NCBI GenBank assembly: GCA_013361685.1
Contig: JABFXP010000051.1
Span: 78,013-142,012 of the forward strand
Length of the DNA: 64,000 nucleotides
Direction of reading: 5' to 3'
Source: Catenulispora sp.
Lineage (GTDB): Bacteria > Actinomycetota > Actinomycetes > Streptomycetales > Catenulisporaceae
Shown: positions 62,709 to 64,000 of the stretch, piece by piece
Position numbering within the stretch: position 1 is the first letter of the stretch
Layout of the letters: the number at the start of each line of letters is the position of its first letter
Program-made: the position numbers and the translations under genes
Notes under the pieces: generated by a model
The model's database searches: none
Seen by the model: only the letters and a program-made list of their open reading frames with translations
Told to the model about the DNA's origin: nothing

Positions 62709-63284
62709 ATGTTGAAGTTCGCGAGTCTGGCCGGTTCGTTCGCGGCCGTGGTTCTCCTGGCGGCGTGCGGGACATCAACGGGGAAGGCGGCACCGAAGGC
62801 GGAGCCCTACAACCAGGCGGACGCCGACTACCTGGGTCCGATGAACCAGCTCCACGGCCAGCTCACGTCCTACTCCCTGCAGGCCGCCGCTCGCGCCGCC
62901 TCCCCGGAGGTCAAAGCTCTGGCCGCGACGCTGTCTGCGCACGGAGGCGGGATGTTCGACCAGAACGTGGTCTGGATGAAGGCTGCCGGAGACCAACCGG
63001 GCTTGACCATGAAGGAGGACCACGGCGACTCCAACGGCGCCATCCCCGGGTTCATCGGCAGCCAGGACGATACGAAACTCGGCCAGGCCAAAGGCGCCGC
63101 TTACGACCGGACGTTCGTCACCTTGATGATCGCGAACATTCAGGGCGACATCACCATGAGCCGCTCCGAAGTCGCGGCCGGCCGCAACGACGCCGTCAAG
63201 GCATTCGCCCAAGCCGAGTTGCAGCAACACACCGCCGACGTCCAGCGCATGCAGACGCTGTTGGCACAACTGCCGACACGTTGA
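62709..63284 (+). CDS. DUF305-like lipoprotein (divergent)
   Basis: Lipobox LLAAC. Two DUF305-like half-repeats, DADYLGPMNQLHGQ... and DRTFVTLMIANIQGDITMS...FAQAELQQHTADVQRMQTLL. Confidence 0.55.
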   Translation: MLKFASLAGSFAAVVLLAACGTSTGKAAPKAEPYNQADADYLGPMNQLHGQLTSYSLQAAARAASPEVKALAATLSAHGGGMFDQNVVWMKAAGDQPGLTMKEDHGDSNGAIPGFIGSQDDTKLGQAKGAAYDRTFVTLMIANIQGDITMSRSEVAAGRNDAVKAFAQAELQQHTADVQRMQTLLAQLPTR

Positions 63285-63285
63285 T

Positions 63286-63316
63286 CGTCGTAGTCTGCCG
63301 CCGGCAGGCTACGACG
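63286..63316 (+). terminator. hairpin terminator after the DUF305-like gene
   Basis: CGTCGTAGTCTGCCG / CGGCAGGCTACGACG arms with one G-T pair, followed by ATGTTTG. Confidence 0.45.
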
Positions 63317-63491
63317 ATGTTTGCCGTATCCGAGCAGTCCTGTCGACCATGTCACCGCAGGACTGCCCTCCCGGAAACCGCGGTCCCGCTCGGGCCCGAG
63401 GCCACGGGTCTGCCGGCCGACGCCGGCCAGCTCGTCCAGCAGGTGAAGACCGGTGGCAGCAGCCTGCTTCGACCGGTATCGGCGGGCTGGC

Positions 63492-64000
63492 TCAGCCCAC
63501 CGGGCTGCCGGTGCCCGAGCAGGCCGCGCCCGGTTCGGGAGTCTGCGGGCCGTTGACGTACTTGCTGATGAACTTGGCGATGCGGGAATCGGAGGCCGAG
63601 CCGACGTTGAGCTGCTTGCCCCACGCGTTGAGCGTTATCAGCCCCGGCTGCCCTGGGTAGGGGCTCAGCATCAGGTGGTCCTTGCCCTTCACATCCGCGG
63701 TGAGGGCGGCGATGTCCGTGGCGGGGATACCGGGCTGGTAGGTGATCCACACCGCGCCGTGCTCCAGGGAGTGCACGGCGTTCTCATTGGTGACCGCAGA
63801 GGTGTAGACGCCGCAGGTCTGCGGGGTGGCGTTGTGGTCGCCGCCGACCGGCGGCGTCTGCGGGTAGACCACGGAGCCGGTGACGTGTTTGGGCTGTGCC
63901 GCTACGGAAATGGACTGCACACCGGAAATCGTGTCGCTCTTCTGGCTGGCCAGCATGACCGCGGTCAGGCTGCCGATGCCGCCGACGAGCAGCACCGCCA
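63492..64000 (-). CDS. DUF3105 domain protein, N-terminus probably outside window
   Basis: PPVGGDHN...GVYTS...NAVHSLEHGAVWITYQP signature. The frame is open to the window edge. Confidence 0.75.
   Translation of the reverse strand, partial: AVLLVGGIGSLTAVMLASQKSDTISGVQSISVAAQPKHVTGSVVYPQTPPVGGDHNATPQTCGVYTSAVTNENAVHSLEHGAVWITYQPGIPATDIAALTADVKGKDHLMLSPYPGQPGLITLNAWGKQLNVGSASDSRIAKFISKYVNGPQTPEPGAACSGTGSPVG

Overview
High-GC (about 70%) actinobacterial chromosomal DNA. The lineage call rests on WhiJ-type XRE/DUF397 modules, a mycoredoxin, an ArsR-type mer regulator and DUF6153/DUF305/DUF3105 copper-locus genes. This is an accessory, heavily rearranged region, not a core one. All family assignments come from motifs I read in the translated ORFs and from memory of family signatures; no database search was run.

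Layout, left to right:
- 0-8.3 kb: an FGE-sulfatase fragment, LuxR and SDR genes, a divergent HemC paralogue, two WhiJ-like regulatory modules and an APH-type kinase.
- 8.3-9.5 kb: a gene-poor stretch holding a 42-nt 3' fragment of tRNA-Lys(CTT).
- 9.4-13.3 kb: an Fe(3+) ABC importer with an IdeR/DmdR-like iron box.
- 13.4-23 kb: a serine-recombinase-like gene followed by a patchwork of gene fragments and frameshifted pseudogenes. Embedded in it are an FAD disulfide oxidoreductase, a DUF427 gene and an ECF sigma factor with two paralogous ZAS anti-sigma factors.
- 23.1-30.9 kb: a seven-gene, translationally coupled minus-strand operon. It encodes a radical SAM enzyme, an MTAP-like phosphorylase, a DUF2064+GT2 fusion, an MFS transporter, a metallophosphoesterase+radical SAM fusion, a mycoredoxin and a methyltransferase. 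This is my best candidate for an undescribed system: an arsenosugar-like or other 5'-deoxyadenosyl-adduct sugar pathway.
- 31-35.7 kb: a lipoprotein gene, lgt, and a mer locus (ArsR-type regulator, MerT/F-like transporter, merA).
- 36.2-39.4 kb: a DUF1326/SRPBCC/DUF1326/NrtS-like/DUF2182 cluster.
- 39.5-44.2 kb: an IS630 remnant, a TetR regulator with an ABC-2 exporter, and a DUF2218-P450 fusion.
- 45-46.3 kb: an orphan 399-aa ORF.
- 46.4-54.8 kb: two related IS copies in inverted orientation, one internally deleted. They bracket a 6-kb cargo (VOC protein, secreted protein, GH5 cellulase, two-component system, membrane proteins).
- 54.9-64 kb: a CsoR-type copper locus. It contains a His-tailed PF03773-like permease, an MFS plus PLP-enzyme pair, DUF6153-like proteins, a Met-rich lipoprotein, csoR, copZ, an internally deleted copA, and DUF305-like and DUF3105 genes.

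Many long Arg/Pro/Gly-rich ORFs in the six-frame track are high-GC artefacts and are not called.
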